This document shows, piece by piece, positions 38,728-50,480 of a stretch of 64,000 nt of DNA. Below the pieces are notes generated by a model. The model saw nothing but the letters and a program-made list of their open reading frames with translations, searched no databases and was not told the origin of the DNA. A program made the translations under genes and the position numbers. Source of the stretch: Prevotella sp. UBA2456 (GTDB lineage: Bacteria > Bacteroidota > Bacteroidia > Bacteroidales > Bacteroidaceae); the NCBI GenBank assembly GCA_002342415.1, contig DDPY01000054.1:26662-90661 (forward strand). Reading direction: 5' to 3'. Position 1 is the first letter of the stretch, and every line of letters starts with the position of its first letter.

Positions 38728-41412
38728 ATGAAAAAAACAATGATCATGATGCTGGCTGCCGTGCTGTGCTACGCCTCGGCATTAGCCCAGCGGACGCTGA
38801 CTGTAGCGAAGGACGGCAGCGGCGACTATGCTACGATTCAGGCCGCTGTCGATGCGGTGGCCGAGGGTGAGGAGGCTACTATCCACATTAAGGCAGGAAC
38901 ATACGAGGAAATGGTGAAGATAGGCAAGCGCACCAGTCCCTCGACGAAGCGCATCTCGCTGATAGGCGAGGGCATGGGCTCGACCGTCATCACGGCTGCC
39001 AACGGCAAGAATACCATTGGCAATGGCAAGGACGTGCGCGACTATGCCACGCTGGGCATCTTTGCCCCCCACTTCTATGCCCAGGGCATCACCATCCGGA
39101 ATACGGGCGGCAAGGCTGCCGGACAGGCGCTGGCCGTGCATGTGGACGGCGACTGCGCCACGTTCTACCGCTGCCGCATAGCAGGCTATCAGGACACCCA
39201 CCGCACGAAGAAGGAGACGCGCAGCTACTATAAGGAATGTACCATCGAGGGTGCCACCGACTTTATCTATGCTGGCGGCACATGCTGGTTTGAGCGCTGC
39301 ACGCTGCACTGCGTGGCAGCGGGCTATATCACTGCCCCAGAGGATATTACCGTCAGCACCACTGCCTCGGACGGCACAAAGCTTTGGCTGGGATTCATCT
39401 TCAACGAGTGCGAGGTGACCAAGGGTGCCGATGTCAAGGACAACTCGGTGGCGCTGGGCCGCTGCTGGGGTGCGGAGCAGTGCGGCTCGCTGTTCATGAA
39501 CTGCCAGCTGGGCAGCGCCATCAAGGCGGCAGGCTGGGAGACGATGGGCGGCAACGACGGCTCGAAGTCCTACTATGCCGAGTATAAGAGCAGGAGCGGC
39601 AGAGCGCTGGCAGACGTGTCGAAGCGCATCAGTTGGAGCCACCAGCTGACGGAGGCCGACTACGAGAAGGTGAACACGTGGGCCAAGGTGGACGTCCTCT
39701 TCCGCAGCGTCAAGACGGACAGGGAGCCCTTCGACCCGGAGGCCGTCATTGCCGCCAAGATGACCACCGCCGACTATGCCCCATTGGAGCAGAAACTGCT
39801 GGCCTTCCCTACGGCACGCGGCTTTGGCAAGTATGTCACGGGCGGACGAGGCTGCAAGGTGGTCGAGGTGACCAATCTCGACGACAACCCCTCGAATCCC
39901 TCCGAGGGCTCGCTGCGCTGGGCGCTCACGGTGGCAGGCAAGGAGAATGCCACCATCGTCTTCCGCGTGAGCGGCGTCATCAAGTTAGGCATCAATGCCC
40001 AGAAGAAGCGCGAGATGCGCGCCAACCTGAAGAATGTCACCATCGCCGGACAGACGGCTCCTGGCGAGGGCATCCTCATTCGTGGCGGCAAGATGAATTT
40101 TGGCGGCTCCAACAATGTCATCATCCGCAACCTGCGCTTCCGCGTGGGCGACATCGACGAGGCCGACCTGGCCAAGGCTACGGACAGCCGCTTCATTGCG
40201 GGTGCCGGCTTCGGACTGGAGAATGCCAGCAACATCATCATCGACCACTGCTGCTTCGGATGGAGCGGCGAGGAGAATATGACGATGTACGACAACCACT
40301 TCACCACCGTACAGTGGTGCATCATCCACGAGGGACTCTACGATGCAGGCCACCAGAAAGGCAGTCGCAGCTACGCCAACCAGTGGGGCGGCTCGCCAGC
40401 CACGTATCACCATAACCTGCTGGCGCACAACTATAACCGCAGCTCGCGACTGAACGGCGCCTCCAGCACGACGGAAGACCGCAACGTCTTCATGGAGTAT
40501 ATGAATAATGTGAACTACAACTGGGGCAAGAAGAACTCCTGCTATGGCGGCGAGAACGAGGCTGGCACCTACAGCTCGCACGAGTGCAACTTCGTGGGCA
40601 ACTACTACAAACCCGGCCCCTCGACACCCAGTGGCAGCTACTTCATGGAGATGTCGGCTGCCCGTAGCGGCAAGTCGCTCAACCCCAATCCCTCGCGCTG
40701 GTATCTCGCTGACAACGTGATGGAGGGCAGCACCAGCGCCACCAGCGACAACTGGAGCGCCATCCATAACAACACCTCCTACAAGGTGGCAGACATGAAG
40801 TCGGAGTCGCTCCTCTATCCCTCTGCTGACGTGACCCGTCTGGACAAGTGCAAGTTCGACGACTATGACCGCTATCGCACCCCCACAGAGAGCGCCGAGG
40901 CCGCCTATGAGCACGTGTTGGAGCAGGCTGGCACCATCTGTCGCGACCAGACGGAACGGCGCATCGTCAACGAGGTGCGCAACAAGACGGCTCAGTATAA
41001 GGGCACGGCTCTCAACAAGGCAGGATTCATCGACTCGCCTGACGATGCCGAGGGTTGGCCCGCCTACGCTGAGGCTGCACCCGTGACAGACAACGACCAC
41101 GACGGAATGGCCGACGACTGGGAGCTGGCTCACGGGCTGAACCCCGCCAACGCGGAGGACGGCCAGCAGGTAGCATCTGCTGAGGGCTATACGGCGCTGG
41201 AGGTCTATCTGAACAGTCTGATGGGCGAGAAGATTGAGATGACTACGACAGCCATCCGCACCATCCATGCAAAGGCTGCTGGCGAGGTGGTCGGACGCGA
41301 GTATTTCACTGCCGACGGGCGGCAGACGAGCCGCCTGCAACACGGACTGAACATCGTCCGCGAGCGGATGGCCGACGGCTCTGTACGAACAGTAAAGGTA
41401 ATGACGAGATAG
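38728..41412 (+). CDS. Pectin methylesterase (CE8) - pectate lyase (PL1) fusion with T9SS-type C-terminus
   Basis: VAKDGSGDY.TIQAAV, GQALA, GYQDT, IEGATDFI, LGRCW; then AFPTARGFG..TGGRG, TIAGQTAPG, IIDHC; CTD-like tail. Confidence 0.9.
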   Translation: MKKTMIMMLAAVLCYASALAQRTLTVAKDGSGDYATIQAAVDAVAEGEEATIHIKAGTYEEMVKIGKRTSPSTKRISLIGEGMGSTVITAANGKNTIGNGKDVRDYATLGIFAPHFYAQGITIRNTGGKAAGQALAVHVDGDCATFYRCRIAGYQDTHRTKKETRSYYKECTIEGATDFIYAGGTCWFERCTLHCVAAGYITAPEDITVSTTASDGTKLWLGFIFNECEVTKGADVKDNSVALGRCWGAEQCGSLFMNCQLGSAIKAAGWETMGGNDGSKSYYAEYKSRSGRALADVSKRISWSHQLTEADYEKVNTWAKVDVLFRSVKTDREPFDPEAVIAAKMTTADYAPLEQKLLAFPTARGFGKYVTGGRGCKVVEVTNLDDNPSNPSEGSLRWALTVAGKENATIVFRVSGVIKLGINAQKKREMRANLKNVTIAGQTAPGEGILIRGGKMNFGGSNNVIIRNLRFRVGDIDEADLAKATDSRFIAGAGFGLENASNIIIDHCCFGWSGEENMTMYDNHFTTVQWCIIHEGLYDAGHQKGSRSYANQWGGSPATYHHNLLAHNYNRSSRLNGASSTTEDRNVFMEYMNNVNYNWGKKNSCYGGENEAGTYSSHECNFVGNYYKPGPSTPSGSYFMEMSAARSGKSLNPNPSRWYLADNVMEGSTSATSDNWSAIHNNTSYKVADMKSESLLYPSADVTRLDKCKFDDYDRYRTPTESAEAAYEHVLEQAGTICRDQTERRIVNEVRNKTAQYKGTALNKAGFIDSPDDAEGWPAYAEAAPVTDNDHDGMADDWELAHGLNPANAEDGQQVASAEGYTALEVYLNSLMGEKIEMTTTAIRTIHAKAAGEVVGREYFTADGRQTSRLQHGLNIVRERMADGSVRTVKVMTR

Positions 41413-41433
41413 TTGACAGTTGATAGTTGAAAG

Positions 41434-42918
41434 ATGAGACAGATTACGATATGTTTGGCTGTCATTTGGGCAGTCTGTGCTGTGGCCCAAGAGAAGAGAA
41501 CGCTGGCCTTCCCAACGGCTGAAGGCTTTGGCAAGTACACCTCTGGCGGACGCGGAGGCAAGGTGGTCGAGGTGACCAACCTCAACGATGCGGGCGAGGG
41601 CTCGCTGCGCTGGGCACTGACGGAGGCGGGCCGCGAGAATGCCACCATCGTCTTCCGCGTCAGTGGCATCATCGAGGTGGGACCCAATCCCCAGCGCAAG
41701 GGTGAGCGCGCCATCCGCGCCAAGCTGAAGAATGTGACCATCGCAGGTCAGACGGCTCCTGGCGAGGGCATCCTCATTCGTGGGGGCAAGCTCAATCTGG
41801 GCGGTTCTGAGAATGTCATCATCCGCAACATCCGCGCCCGTCTGGGTACCAAGGAGCTGGAGCGCAACCCTGGCGAGAGCGATGCTGACTACAGGAAGCG
41901 CTGCTTCATCGAGGGCGGAGCCATCGGCATAGAGAATGCACGCGACATCATCATCGACCACTGCTGCTTTGGCTGGAGCGGCGAGGAGAATATGACGATG
42001 TACGACAATCACTATACTACCGTCCAGTGGTGCATCGTGCACGAGGGGCTCTACAATGCAGGCCACCATAAGGGCGTGCGCGGCTATGGTGCCCAGTGGG
42101 GCGGCTCGCCAGCCACCTTCCATCACAACTTGCTTTCGTGCAATGACAGCCGCTCGGCTCGCCTGAACGGTGCCACCAATCCCAAGGTAGACAAGAATGT
42201 GTTTATGGAGTATCAGAATAATGTCAACTTCAACTGGGGCCGCCGCAACTCCTGTTATGGCGGCGAGAACGAGGCTGGCGAGGGCAGTAGTCATGAGTGC
42301 AACTTCGTAGGCAACTACTACAAGCCTGGTCCTGCCCATCCAGAGGACAATGTGCTGATAGAACTCTCGCAGGCCCGCAAGGGTAAGCAACTCACGGGGC
42401 CCTCGCTGTGGTATTTCGCAGACAATGTGATGGAGGGCGTGAAGACGACGGACAGCTGGCAGTTGATTAGCAACAAGACGGGCTTCGCTATCGACCAGAT
42501 GCGCCAGCCCCAGCTCCTCACCACGACGGAGTATCAGGACTATCTCACCCCTGCCGAGTCGGCGCAGAAAGCCTATAAGCACGTGTTGGAGAAGGCAGGC
42601 ACCATTCATCGCGACATCATAGAGCGTCGAATCATCACGGATGTCAGGAGTGGCAAACCCAAATATCAGGGCAAGAGCGCTGGCAAGCAGGGCATCGTCG
42701 ACTCGCCTGCCGATGCTGAAGGCTGGCCTCAGTATGCGCCAGCCACGCCTGTGGCAGACAACGACCACGACGGAATGGCTGACGAATGGGAGCGCGCCCA
42801 CGGGCTGAATCCTGCAGACCCAGAGGACGGCAAGCGGGTGGTATCGAAAGAGGGCTATACTGCCCTGGAGGTTTACCTATGTAGCCTGATGGGCGAAAAG
42901 ATTAAGATGATGAAATAA
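41434..42918 (+). CDS. Pectate lyase PL1 (paralog of upstream PL1 domain)
   Basis: LAFPTAEGFG.YTSGGRGG, TIAGQTAPGEGI, IIDHCCFGWSGEE, DNDHDGMADEWE. Confidence 0.9.
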   Translation: MRQITICLAVIWAVCAVAQEKRTLAFPTAEGFGKYTSGGRGGKVVEVTNLNDAGEGSLRWALTEAGRENATIVFRVSGIIEVGPNPQRKGERAIRAKLKNVTIAGQTAPGEGILIRGGKLNLGGSENVIIRNIRARLGTKELERNPGESDADYRKRCFIEGGAIGIENARDIIIDHCCFGWSGEENMTMYDNHYTTVQWCIVHEGLYNAGHHKGVRGYGAQWGGSPATFHHNLLSCNDSRSARLNGATNPKVDKNVFMEYQNNVNFNWGRRNSCYGGENEAGEGSSHECNFVGNYYKPGPAHPEDNVLIELSQARKGKQLTGPSLWYFADNVMEGVKTTDSWQLISNKTGFAIDQMRQPQLLTTTEYQDYLTPAESAQKAYKHVLEKAGTIHRDIIERRIITDVRSGKPKYQGKSAGKQGIVDSPADAEGWPQYAPATPVADNDHDGMADEWERAHGLNPADPEDGKRVVSKEGYTALEVYLCSLMGEKIKMMK

Positions 42919-42923
42919 AAAGC

Positions 42924-42956
42924 AACTGAGCAACCCTTCTGACAGGTTGCTCAGTT
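42924..42956. terminator. Terminator hairpin between convergent genes
   Basis: aactgagcaacc...ggttgctcagtt. Confidence 0.75.
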
Positions 42957-42961
42957 TTGTC

Positions 42962-44101
<1,140 letters not shown>

Positions 44102-44206
44102 GCTGCAAAGGTAGTGAAATAATCTTAAAAATGCAAACAATTCTATTGCTATTTAGAAGAAACGATGTATCTTTGCGATATCAAAATGATATCAATCTAA
44201 AATTTA

Positions 44207-45178
44207 ATGAATATGGAAATGAAGGAGTTTAAGTTTAAAGGTACTGTGCTGAACGGCTTTCTGATGCTGTTCTTGACTTTGGCATTATGTGTTGCTGCCA
44301 TCGTGGGTGTTGTCTTTGGTATTATTCGGCTTGATGAAACTGACGGCGGTAGTGGTGGCTGGCTGTTGGGAGGCAGTGTGTTGCTGCTGTTGATTGATAT
44401 TGTATGTATGTGCAGTTTCCTACAGCTGGAGCCTAACGAGGCCCGCGTTATCACTTGGTTCGGCAAGTACAGCGGCACCTTTTCAGAGACGGGTTTCTAC
44501 TGGATAAATCCATTCTATGGAACAAAGAAGGTGAGCCTGCGCGCCCGCAACTTGGATGCTGAGCCTATCAAGGTTAACGACAAGACGGGCAATCCCGTGA
44601 TGATAGGTCTGGTGCTGGTGTGGAAACTGAAGGATACGTACAAGGCTCTGTTCGAAGTGGACACTCAGACGATGGCCTCTAATCCGGCCGCAGTAGGCAG
44701 TGACACCAAGGGACTGATGAATGCTCTGGAAAACTTTGTCCGTGTGCAGAGTGATGCGGCCCTTCGCCAAGTAGCAGGTCAATACGCTTACGACGATGAG
44801 GATAACAAGAACGATGAGCCAACCCTTCGCTCGAGTGCCGATGAGATTAACGAGCAGTTGGAACAGAAACTCGATGAGCGTCTGGCATTGGCTGGTATTG
44901 AGGTCGTCGAGGCTCGCATCAACTATTTGGCATACGCTCCTGAGATTGCTGCAGTCATGTTGCGTCGCCAGCAGGCTTCTGCCATCATTACTGCTCGCGA
45001 GAAGATTGTGGAAGGTGCAGTATCGATGGTAAAGATGGCTCTCGACAAACTGACTGACGAGGGTGTCGTGGAACTTGATGACGACAAGAAAGCTGCTATG
45101 GTCAGCAATCTGCTTGTTGTGCTCTGTGGCGACGATTCGGCTCAGCCTGTAGTGAACACAGGAACGCTGAATCATTAG
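44207..45178 (+). CDS. SPFH/band 7 domain membrane protein
   Basis: Two N-terminal TMs, [27 protein letters not shown]. Confidence 0.9.
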   Translation: MNMEMKEFKFKGTVLNGFLMLFLTLALCVAAIVGVVFGIIRLDETDGGSGGWLLGGSVLLLLIDIVCMCSFLQLEPNEARVITWFGKYSGTFSETGFYWINPFYGTKKVSLRARNLDAEPIKVNDKTGNPVMIGLVLVWKLKDTYKALFEVDTQTMASNPAAVGSDTKGLMNALENFVRVQSDAALRQVAGQYAYDDEDNKNDEPTLRSSADEINEQLEQKLDERLALAGIEVVEARINYLAYAPEIAAVMLRRQQASAIITAREKIVEGAVSMVKMALDKLTDEGVVELDDDKKAAMVSNLLVVLCGDDSAQPVVNTGTLNH

Positions 45179-45222
45179 ACGTAGCAACGTAAAAGGCTTA
45201 ATTCTGTCTTTAAATAGCTATT

Positions 45223-45411
45223 ATGGCAGAAAAGACCACCAAGAGTTTTATCTTGCGCGTTGATGCTGACACCATGAATGCGATAGAGGCTTGGGCTGCA
45301 GACGAGTTCCGTAGCACCAATGGTCAGCTCCAGTGGATTATTACAGAGGCCCTGCGCAAAGCCAAGCGTCTGCCTAAACAGAAGAAAGGAAACAAAATAA
45401 TTACGATATGA
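45223..45411 (+). CDS. Arc/ribbon-helix-helix family small DNA-binding protein
   Basis: KSFILRVD...IEAWAADEFRSTNGQ; usual neighbour of this SPFH family. Confidence 0.85.
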   Translation: MAEKTTKSFILRVDADTMNAIEAWAADEFRSTNGQLQWIITEALRKAKRLPKQKKGNKIITI

Positions 45412-45412
45412 T

Positions 45413-45796
45413 ATGAAAACAGAAGGATATAGACAAAAGGAGTATGGCAGGCCCGTAAAGCGCTATTGCCAGACGCTCGACCTGAAGGATGATGCAGCGC
45501 TGATAGCCAAGTATAAGGAGGCGCACGACCAGTTTCACTTCTGGCCCGAAATCAAGGCCGGCATCCAGGAGGTGGGCATCCTGGAGATGGAGATATACAT
45601 CCTGGGCAACCGCCTGTTCATGATTGTGGAGACGGCCCTCGACTTCGACTGGGATACGGCGATGGTCCGTCTGGCAACGCTGCCCCGCCAGGAAGAGTGG
45701 GAGGCATACGTCGCCCTGTTTCAGGACTGCAAGCCTGGGGCTACGAGCGACCAGAAGTGGCAGCTGATGGAGCGCATGTTCCACCTGTATGAATAG
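45413..45796 (+). CDS. L-rhamnose mutarotase family protein
   Basis: YKEAH...WPEI..GI..VGI.EMEIY, W.LMERMF. Confidence 0.85.
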   Translation: MKTEGYRQKEYGRPVKRYCQTLDLKDDAALIAKYKEAHDQFHFWPEIKAGIQEVGILEMEIYILGNRLFMIVETALDFDWDTAMVRLATLPRQEEWEAYVALFQDCKPGATSDQKWQLMERMFHLYE

Positions 45797-45821
45797 AGTA
45801 CAACCTAAAGCGAAAAGAAAT

Positions 45822-46676
45822 ATGATAGAACTGAAGAACGAACAGCTGACCATCCGCGTGGCAGAGAAGGGAGCCGAGCTCCAGAGTGTGAAGGACGCCG
45901 AAGGGCGCGAGTATATGTGGCAGGCCGGACCTGAGTGGCCCCGCCATTCGCCCATCCTGTTTCCTATCGTATGCAGTGTGAACAACGAGACCTATCGCGT
46001 CGACGGCAAGGAGTATCATCTGCCCCGTCACGGATTCGCTCGCGACAAGGAGTTTACGCTCATCTCGCAGACGGACGATAAGGTGACCTTTGCCCTGCAC
46101 GACAGTGAGGAAACGCTCAAGGTGTATCCCTACCACTTCAACCTCGCCATCACCTATCGTCTGGAAGGCAACAAGATTGGTGTCATCTGGCATGTGGAGA
46201 ATACCGATACACGTGAGATTCACTTCCAGATAGGCGGCCATCCTGCCTTCAATATGCCTGGTGGCAAGACGGAAGGCATCATCAAGCTCGACAACGAGGA
46301 ACCTATGGACATTCTGAAAAGCTATGCCGACGGCTCGCACGACCTCGTCGATGTGCCCTTAGGCGCTGATATGGGTATCTTGGAAATCAGCAAGAGCTTC
46401 TTCGTCAACGACAGTGTGAAGATTCATAAGAGTCAGACCCATCGCGCCATGCTGCTCGACACCAATGGCGAACCCGCTGTCACTGTCGATTACAAGACTC
46501 CCGTCTGCGCCTTCTGGAGTCCGTTTGGCAAGAATGCACCCTTTGTCTGCATTGAGCCTTGGTACGGCATAGGCGACCATCGCGGCTTCGATGGAGAGTT
46601 CAAGGACAAACCGCTGATGAACCACCTGCTGCCTGGGGCCTCGTTCATGTCTAAATATACCATTACGATTGGCTAA
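45822..46676 (+). CDS. Aldose 1-epimerase family protein
   Basis: GAELQS, W..HSPILFP, HGFARD, GGHPAF, FVCIEPW. Confidence 0.9.
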   Translation: MIELKNEQLTIRVAEKGAELQSVKDAEGREYMWQAGPEWPRHSPILFPIVCSVNNETYRVDGKEYHLPRHGFARDKEFTLISQTDDKVTFALHDSEETLKVYPYHFNLAITYRLEGNKIGVIWHVENTDTREIHFQIGGHPAFNMPGGKTEGIIKLDNEEPMDILKSYADGSHDLVDVPLGADMGILEISKSFFVNDSVKIHKSQTHRAMLLDTNGEPAVTVDYKTPVCAFWSPFGKNAPFVCIEPWYGIGDHRGFDGEFKDKPLMNHLLPGASFMSKYTITIG

Positions 46677-46693
46677 GGCAAATACCGCGAAGT

Positions 46694-47668
46694 TTAATAG
46701 GCTTCGCGGTATTTGTTTTCGTCCTTATCTTCCAACATGGAGAGATAAGATTGATAGCGGCTCTGGGCAATGTAGTGGTCCTCGACGGCTTTCAGCACTG
46801 CGCATCCAGGCTCGTGGGTATGGGTGCAGTCTGAGAAGCGGCATTGCTTGGAGAACTCGAAAATCTCCTTGAAGTAGCTGGTCAGCTCCTCGCGCTCCAT
46901 ATCGAAGGTGCCGAACCCCTTAATGCCAGGGGTGTCAATAAGCCAGGAGGATTTACAGTTTACGGATTTACTATCTACTATTTGGAGAGGAATCATCTCA
47001 GAGAAGGTCGTGGTGTGCATTCCTGTCTGGTGGGCATCGCTGATGTCGGCTACGCGCAGGTTGGCATGAGGTGCTAAGCGATTGATGAGTGTCGACTTGC
47101 CTACGCCACTATTGCCGCTGAGCAGTGTAATCTTGCCTTCCAGCAGGGGGCGCAGCTCCTCTACACCATCACCTCGTTCGGCAGAGATGGCTCTGCACTC
47201 ATAGCCTACAGTCTCGTAAAGCTGGATCATCATTTGCTGGTAGTGCCTCTCCTCGTCTGTGAGCAGGTCGGCCTTGTTGAAGATGAGGATGACGGGTACG
47301 CGATAGGCCTCTGCCGAAGCCAGAAAACGGTCGATGAAGGTGGTAGAGGTTTGGGGCTTGCTGACGGTGATGACGAGCAGTGCCTGATCGACGTTAGCAG
47401 CAAGGATGTGGCTCTGCTTGGAGAGGTTGATGCTCTTGCGGATGATGTAGTTGCGGCGATCCTCAATCTCGGTAATCCATCCGTAGCATTCGCCGCTGCT
47501 ATTGTCCTTGTTTTCGAGGATGGTGACCCTGTCGCCCACAGCCACAGGATTGGTGGAGCGTATGCCCTTGATGCGGAAGTTACCCTTTATCTTACAATCG
47601 ACAGTTGGCCCATCATCCGTTAGGACGGTGTACCAACTGCCGGTATTCTTAATGACGAGTCCTTTCAT
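46694..47668 (-). CDS. rsgA: Ribosome small subunit-dependent GTPase A
   Basis: [42 protein letters not shown]. Confidence 0.97.
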   Translation of the reverse strand: MKGLVIKNTGSWYTVLTDDGPTVDCKIKGNFRIKGIRSTNPVAVGDRVTILENKDNSSGECYGWITEIEDRRNYIIRKSINLSKQSHILAANVDQALLVITVSKPQTSTTFIDRFLASAEAYRVPVILIFNKADLLTDEERHYQQMMIQLYETVGYECRAISAERGDGVEELRPLLEGKITLLSGNSGVGKSTLINRLAPHANLRVADISDAHQTGMHTTTFSEMIPLQIVDSKSVNCKSSWLIDTPGIKGFGTFDMEREELTSYFKEIFEFSKQCRFSDCTHTHEPGCAVLKAVEDHYIAQSRYQSYLSMLEDKDENKYREAY

Positions 47669-48229
47669 TTAGACCGTCATAATTTCCTTGTTCTTGGCCT
47701 CCATCAGTTCGTCAAGTTTCTTGATGTACTTGTCGTGAAGCTTCTGCAGGTCGTTCTCGGCGTCCTTCTCGTTGTCTTCAGAGAGTCCGTCCTTGATGGC
47801 TTTCTTCAGTTTGTCCTTGATGTCGGCACGCACGTTGCGCACTTCGACTTTGGCTTTCTCGGCAATCTTGTTGCATTGCTTTACAAGGTCGCGGCGGCGC
47901 TCTTCGGTAGGCTGGGGGATGCCCAGGCGGATAATCTCGCCGTTGTTCTCAGGGGTGATGCCCACGTCGGAGTCCATGATGGCCTTCTCAATATCCTTGA
48001 TTTGCTTGCGATCCCAAGGCTTGATGGCGATGGTGCGCGCATCGGGTGTAGAGACGTTGGCCACTTGGTTGAGGGGAACCTTCTGCCCGTATGATTCTAC
48101 TCGCACGCCACTGAGAATGGCTACATTGGCGCGTCCTGCGCGAATCCTGTTCAGCTCTTCTTCGAGGAACATCGCAGCCATCTCCATGCGCTCCTCGGCT
48201 GCTTCTAATGTCTGTTTAACGTCAATCAT
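47669..48229 (-). CDS. frr: Ribosome recycling factor
   Basis: IRAGRAN, PTEERRRDLVK, VRNVR, KNKEIMTV. Confidence 0.97.
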   Translation of the reverse strand: MIDVKQTLEAAEERMEMAAMFLEEELNRIRAGRANVAILSGVRVESYGQKVPLNQVANVSTPDARTIAIKPWDRKQIKDIEKAIMDSDVGITPENNGEIIRLGIPQPTEERRRDLVKQCNKIAEKAKVEVRNVRADIKDKLKKAIKDGLSEDNEKDAENDLQKLHDKYIKKLDELMEAKNKEIMTV

Positions 48230-48378
48230 TTTCTTTGATAGTTTGATTATTCTTCCGACAAAGATACGAATAAGTGAGTAAAAAACAAAATAAATTCAAG
48301 AAAAATTTGGTGAATGACTTATTTTTTCTTATCTTTGTCGCGTAATCGTACTTATCATCCAGTATCAAAACCTAATCT

Positions 48379-50463
48379 ATGGATTTAAATATCATACTGT
48401 CATCCCAGGTAGAAGTTGTGAAACAGGCGTTCAATCCTGACCACATCGTGGTATATATTATGGCAGCATTTTTGATTAGCGTCTTTGTCCTGCTGTTTTA
48501 TAACAGGTTGTATGTCTTCAAGGAGCAGGATGCCAAGGCACGGAGCCAGAGTATGAACAATCGACTGGCGCTGGTTTTGCAGACAGGCAACCTCAAACTG
48601 TGGCTCTATGATGTGGCGAGCCGTCACTATTTCACGTTGTCCGAGAATGGCGATTACGAGCACGAATACAATCCCGTTGACTTTGCCGATTTTTTTGAGC
48701 GCGACGACTTCGAGCGTATGCGCAAGGAGGTGTTCGACATCTGTGAGGGGCGCGGTTCCTCGTCGTTTGTTAAGCTGAGGAGTAATCCGAAGAACAAGGG
48801 ACAGCAGAGCTTCTATGAGGTGAAGCTCTCGATAGTGGGCACCGACAAGAAAGGCAGGGTCAGGCAGTTGCTTGGTGTCCAGCACGATGTCACAGCCGAC
48901 ATGCTGAAGCAGAAGAAAGTGAACGAGCTGCTGTTGCGCTATCACACGGTTTTCAATACGTCGCTTATCGACATGTTGTTCTACGACAGCAACGGCGTGC
49001 TGCGCGACATCAACGACAAGGCCCTTCGCTCGTTCCATGTTCCCAACCGCGAGTTTGTGCTCAACGGGAAGTTCCTCCTCCAGAACAACCCCTTCTTCAG
49101 CAAGTTCAAGCTGGAAGATGCCAAGGACACCCGTTCCTCCTCTATCATCAACTTCAAGGACTTTCAGGACAAGCGCTACTATACTGAATCGCTCGGGCTG
49201 GAGGGTAAGATGTATTACGAGTCGACCATCAATCCTATTCGCGATGCCCAGGGACGGTTGGAAGGATTCTATATGGCAGGGCGTAATGTGACGGAGATGG
49301 TCGAGTCGTACCATCATCAGCAGGAGAGCACCAACAGGCTGCGTAAGGTCAACGCGGATATTGAGAACTATATCACGAACATCAACTATGCGCTGCGGGT
49401 GAGTGATGTCCGACTGGTGAACTACTATCCGCAGAGCTATACGCTGGAGGTGTCGAGCAATGTCAGTGGCGGCCAGCTACGACTGTCACAGCTGCGCTGC
49501 ATCCGTCTGGCCACGATACCCTTCCGTCGTGTCGTGTCGAGCATGCTCAATCGCATGGACCATCTGACACCTTATTATATATCGCACACCATCGAGACTG
49601 AGATTCGCGACAAGAAAGGCCGCCAGATATGGCTCATGTTCCACATGGTGCCTATCCGGGACAGCGAGGGCAAGGTGGTCCGCTACTTCGGTCTTTGCCG
49701 CAATATGACAGACATGGTGGAAACCGAGCGCCATTTGGCCATCGAGACCAAGAAGGCGCAGGAGACCGAGCTGCTGAAGCAGTCGTTCCTGACCAATATG
49801 AGCTACGAGATCCGCACGCCACTGAATACGGTAGTCGGTTTTGCCGAACTCTTCGAGGCTGAGCACGATGAGGCTGATGAGCCCGTCTTTGTGGAGGAAA
49901 TCAAGCGCAACTCCAACTCGCTGCTTGAGTTGGTGAACGACATCCTCTTCCTGTCGCGCCTGGATGCCAACATGCTGGAGTATAACAAGGCAGACATCGA
50001 CTTTGCCCTTATCTTCGACAGCCACTGCCAGATGGGCTGGAGCGGTGTCACTCCCAAGGTGAAGACCATCATAGAGAATCCGTACGAACATCTGGTGGTG
50101 AATATCGACTTTGAGCATTTAGGCAAGGTGATTGAGAAACTCTGCGCGAATTCGGTCCACTTCACGAGTGAGGGCTTCATCCGTGCCAAGTATGAGTATC
50201 GTCACGGCGAACTGACCATCAGCATCGAGGATACGGGTGGAGGCATAGACCCGGAGGGCCTTGCTCACGCCTTTGATCGTTTTGCCCGCGACCAGCAGGA
50301 GCGGATGTGCGGCACTGGGTTGAACCTGCCTATCGTGCAGTCGCTGGTAGAGCAGATGGGGGGCACTATCGAGCTGCAGTCGGAGCTGAACAAGGGTACG
50401 ACAGCCTGGGTGACTATCCCCTGTGAGGCCAAGCATATTGAGAAGAAACGCGAAATCATATAA
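48379..50463 (+). CDS. PAS-domain sensor kinase homolog with Tyr at the H-box (putative pseudokinase 1)
   Basis: One N-terminal TM, PAS/PAC repeats, FLTNMSYEIRTPLN, degenerate N box (EKLCANSVHF) and G2 (GTGLNL). Confidence 0.88.
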   Translation: MDLNIILSSQVEVVKQAFNPDHIVVYIMAAFLISVFVLLFYNRLYVFKEQDAKARSQSMNNRLALVLQTGNLKLWLYDVASRHYFTLSENGDYEHEYNPVDFADFFERDDFERMRKEVFDICEGRGSSSFVKLRSNPKNKGQQSFYEVKLSIVGTDKKGRVRQLLGVQHDVTADMLKQKKVNELLLRYHTVFNTSLIDMLFYDSNGVLRDINDKALRSFHVPNREFVLNGKFLLQNNPFFSKFKLEDAKDTRSSSIINFKDFQDKRYYTESLGLEGKMYYESTINPIRDAQGRLEGFYMAGRNVTEMVESYHHQQESTNRLRKVNADIENYITNINYALRVSDVRLVNYYPQSYTLEVSSNVSGGQLRLSQLRCIRLATIPFRRVVSSMLNRMDHLTPYYISHTIETEIRDKKGRQIWLMFHMVPIRDSEGKVVRYFGLCRNMTDMVETERHLAIETKKAQETELLKQSFLTNMSYEIRTPLNTVVGFAELFEAEHDEADEPVFVEEIKRNSNSLLELVNDILFLSRLDANMLEYNKADIDFALIFDSHCQMGWSGVTPKVKTIIENPYEHLVVNIDFEHLGKVIEKLCANSVHFTSEGFIRAKYEYRHGELTISIEDTGGGIDPEGLAHAFDRFARDQQERMCGTGLNLPIVQSLVEQMGGTIELQSELNKGTTAWVTIPCEAKHIEKKREII

Positions 50464-50480
50464 TCCCAAACAGGCATGCT

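Noticed and set aside
39985-42801. 938-aa minus-strand ORF
   Set aside because: Antisense shadow of the two PL1 genes caused by codon bias; no recognisable motifs.
46679-46716. Inverted duplication of the rsgA 3' end
   Set aside because: Adequately explained as a bidirectional terminator between convergent genes.
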